A DNA stretch of 64,000 nt, taken from contig JALSOH010000011.1 of assembly GCA_026986575.1 (NCBI GenBank), positions 1 through 64,000 on the forward strand. Direction: 5' to 3'. The stretch comes from Thermoproteota archaeon (GTDB taxonomy: Archaea; Korarchaeota; Korarchaeia; Korarchaeales; Korarchaeaceae). Both the position numbers and the translations under genes were made by a program. The notes beneath the pieces are model-generated. The model was not told where the DNA came from. It did not search any database and saw only the letters and a list, made by a program, of their open reading frames with translations. Positions 62,504-64,000 of this stretch are shown here, one piece after another (the stretch's first letter is position 1; each line of letters starts with the position of its first letter).

Positions 62504-64000
62504 ATGAGAATATCCTCACTTAGCATCGAGAATTACAGATGTTACTTGGATCTCCATCTGGAAATACACTCTGATTTCGGTGTGATAGTGGGACCAAACG
62601 ATTCAGGGAAGTCGACCATACTTAGAGCTCTGAATGTATTCTTTGAGAGCGAAAAGCCCAGTGAGGACGACATAAATGAGGTAGGCAAAAAAGAAGGGAT
62701 TAAGAAGATTGCGATCGGAGTTGGATTTGAAGTAGATCCGAACACCCCTATTGAGATAGAGGAGGGGGTGACAACCACCTTAAGAGAGGAGAACCTGCTG
62801 ATCGAGAAGCCCTCACCTGATGGTGGAACCGTGTATGAATTGAAGGTTTGGAAAACCTTTTTTCCGGGGACTAAGAAGAATCCCGAGATAAAACTAGGTG
62901 TCTACGACTACATCGATGGGGATTTTTCCAATCTTGCATCCAAGAAAGAATCGGAACTGAACGATCTGCTCGAAAAATACGGAATTCCCTACAAGAAATC
63001 CGGCAGATCCATAACTAACAGGGAAAAGAGAAGGGCCTTAAGGAATAAAGCTGATCAGCTGGGAATCCAGAAAATTGTGAGGATTATATCGCCAAGTAAC
63101 AATGTCAAGAATGCGATCATGAGCTTGCTGAGCCCTATAAGGTTCATTTTCTACCCGGCGGAGCAGCACATAGATAGGGCGGAGGTACCCCTTCAAAACG
63201 AGCTCATGCCCTTAATTTCGGAATCCATCCAAAAAGTGGGATCTGAGCTGAAATCAGAGTTCGAGAGCGCAGTTGAAAGTCAGATAGAGAAGAGCATAGA
63301 ACAGATAAACAGGATGTTGGATGACCTACATTCGGCCTTCGGTTACTCCTTTGAACTGACTCACCAGCTGAACTTCAGGTGGGAAAAATCCGTCTCCCTC
63401 GAGATAAGGGTTAAAGATCCCCAAGTCTCCGTCCCACCTAATTTCAGGGGAGCAGGAACCAGAAGGCTTATTCTTGCCACGGTGTTCCGATGGCTGGCTG
63501 AGAGATCGCTCGATAACAGATCTGATGAAGATTCCGATCATTACAAGTACATTTTCGCCATAGAAGAGCCAGAGGCTTTCCTACACCCCAAGGCAGTAAG
63601 TAGCCTCCTTGATTCACTAGAGGAGCTAACAGAGAAGGGAGTTCAGGTTTTCTGCACGACTCACTCCGATCGGGTGGTGGCAAGAGCGGATGACGAGTCC
63701 ATAATTTTCGTCCACAGATCTCCCGAGGGAGAGGTTCAGGTGGACGCCTTTCCGAACGTGGATGTGGTGGAGATAGCTAGAGAGCTGGGCGTATCTCCAC
63801 GTTCTGACCTACTCGCGCCTAAGGTGATCGTGTTCGTGGAAGGGGAGCACGACGTTTCCGTTTTCAGCTCTTTACTTAAGAAAGCAAGAGAGTTGGGTTG
63901 GACGGACATCTCGGAGAGGGACGTGTTGCTGTTGCCGTCGGGAGGGAATAACGTACAGACCCTCGTCGAAATCGAGGAGCTCATTAGATTTGGGAAAAAC
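62504..64000 (+). CDS. OLD-family ATP-dependent nuclease (ABC ATPase + TOPRIM), runs off window end
   Basis: MRISSLSIENYR…GPNDSGKST; RGAGTRR; IEEPEAFLHP; TTHS; VFVEGEHD…PSGG. Start and TOPRIM motif are in the same frame; absent from the ORF track because no stop falls in the window. Confidence 0.88.
   Translation, partial: MRISSLSIENYRCYLDLHLEIHSDFGVIVGPNDSGKSTILRALNVFFESEKPSEDDINEVGKKEGIKKIAIGVGFEVDPNTPIEIEEGVTTTLREENLLIEKPSPDGGTVYELKVWKTFFPGTKKNPEIKLGVYDYIDGDFSNLASKKESELNDLLEKYGIPYKKSGRSITNREKRRALRNKADQLGIQKIVRIISPSNNVKNAIMSLLSPIRFIFYPAEQHIDRAEVPLQNELMPLISESIQKVGSELKSEFESAVESQIEKSIEQINRMLDDLHSAFGYSFELTHQLNFRWEKSVSLEIRVKDPQVSVPPNFRGAGTRRLILATVFRWLAERSLDNRSDEDSDHYKYIFAIEEPEAFLHPKAVSSLLDSLEELTEKGVQVFCTTHSDRVVARADDESIIFVHRSPEGEVQVDAFPNVDVVEIARELGVSPRSDLLAPKVIVFVEGEHDVSVFSSLLKKARELGWTDISERDVLLLPSGGNNVQTLVEIEELIRFGKN

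Noticed and set aside
62033-63984. Short minus-strand ORFs listed in the track
   Set aside because: Those beyond 62504 are antisense shadows of the OLD nuclease gene, and the rest fall in its divergent intergenic region with no recognisable motifs.
1-64000. Integron, provirus or IS element explaining the TA array
   Set aside because: I recognised no tyrosine/serine recombinase, transposase, capsid gene or regularly repeated attC-like site.

Overview
Accessory/defence-island-like 64 kb segment from what is most likely a thermophilic archaeon. This is inferred from GGAGGTGA/GGGGTGA Shine-Dalgarno sites, AT-rich TATA-like promoters, abundant AGG/AGA Arg codons and archaeal-type gene families. 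I found no rRNA, tRNA, CRISPR array, integrase or transposase. The window carries about 19 toxin-antitoxin-type pairs: 12 VapBC, 2 HEPN-MNT, 2 DUF433/DUF5615, one DUF2283/DUF4258, one TumE/TumA-like and one nucleotidyltransferase pair. These are mixed with membrane/surface proteins and many frameshifted or decayed genes. The standout is an AT-rich island at ~31.2-36.7 kb that looks like an undescribed archaeal RiPP cluster. It encodes an M50 (site-2) protease and a winged-helix regulator whose ORF hides an in-frame 37-aa precursor-like peptide with its own ribosome-binding site (…PEELPGCGLWACGTSER). It also encodes a radical SAM/SPASM maturase, an ABC exporter and an isoprenoid-synthase-fold (possibly ComQ-like) protein that could prenylate the peptide's Trp. 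The right end holds a defence-like locus: a PD-(D/E)xK-like nuclease, an HhH glycosylase-like protein, a 1396-aa membrane-anchored DEDDh-exonuclease-RecQ fusion, and an OLD-family ATPase/TOPRIM nuclease that is absent from the ORF track because it runs off the window. All calls come from motif reading only; no database searches were run.
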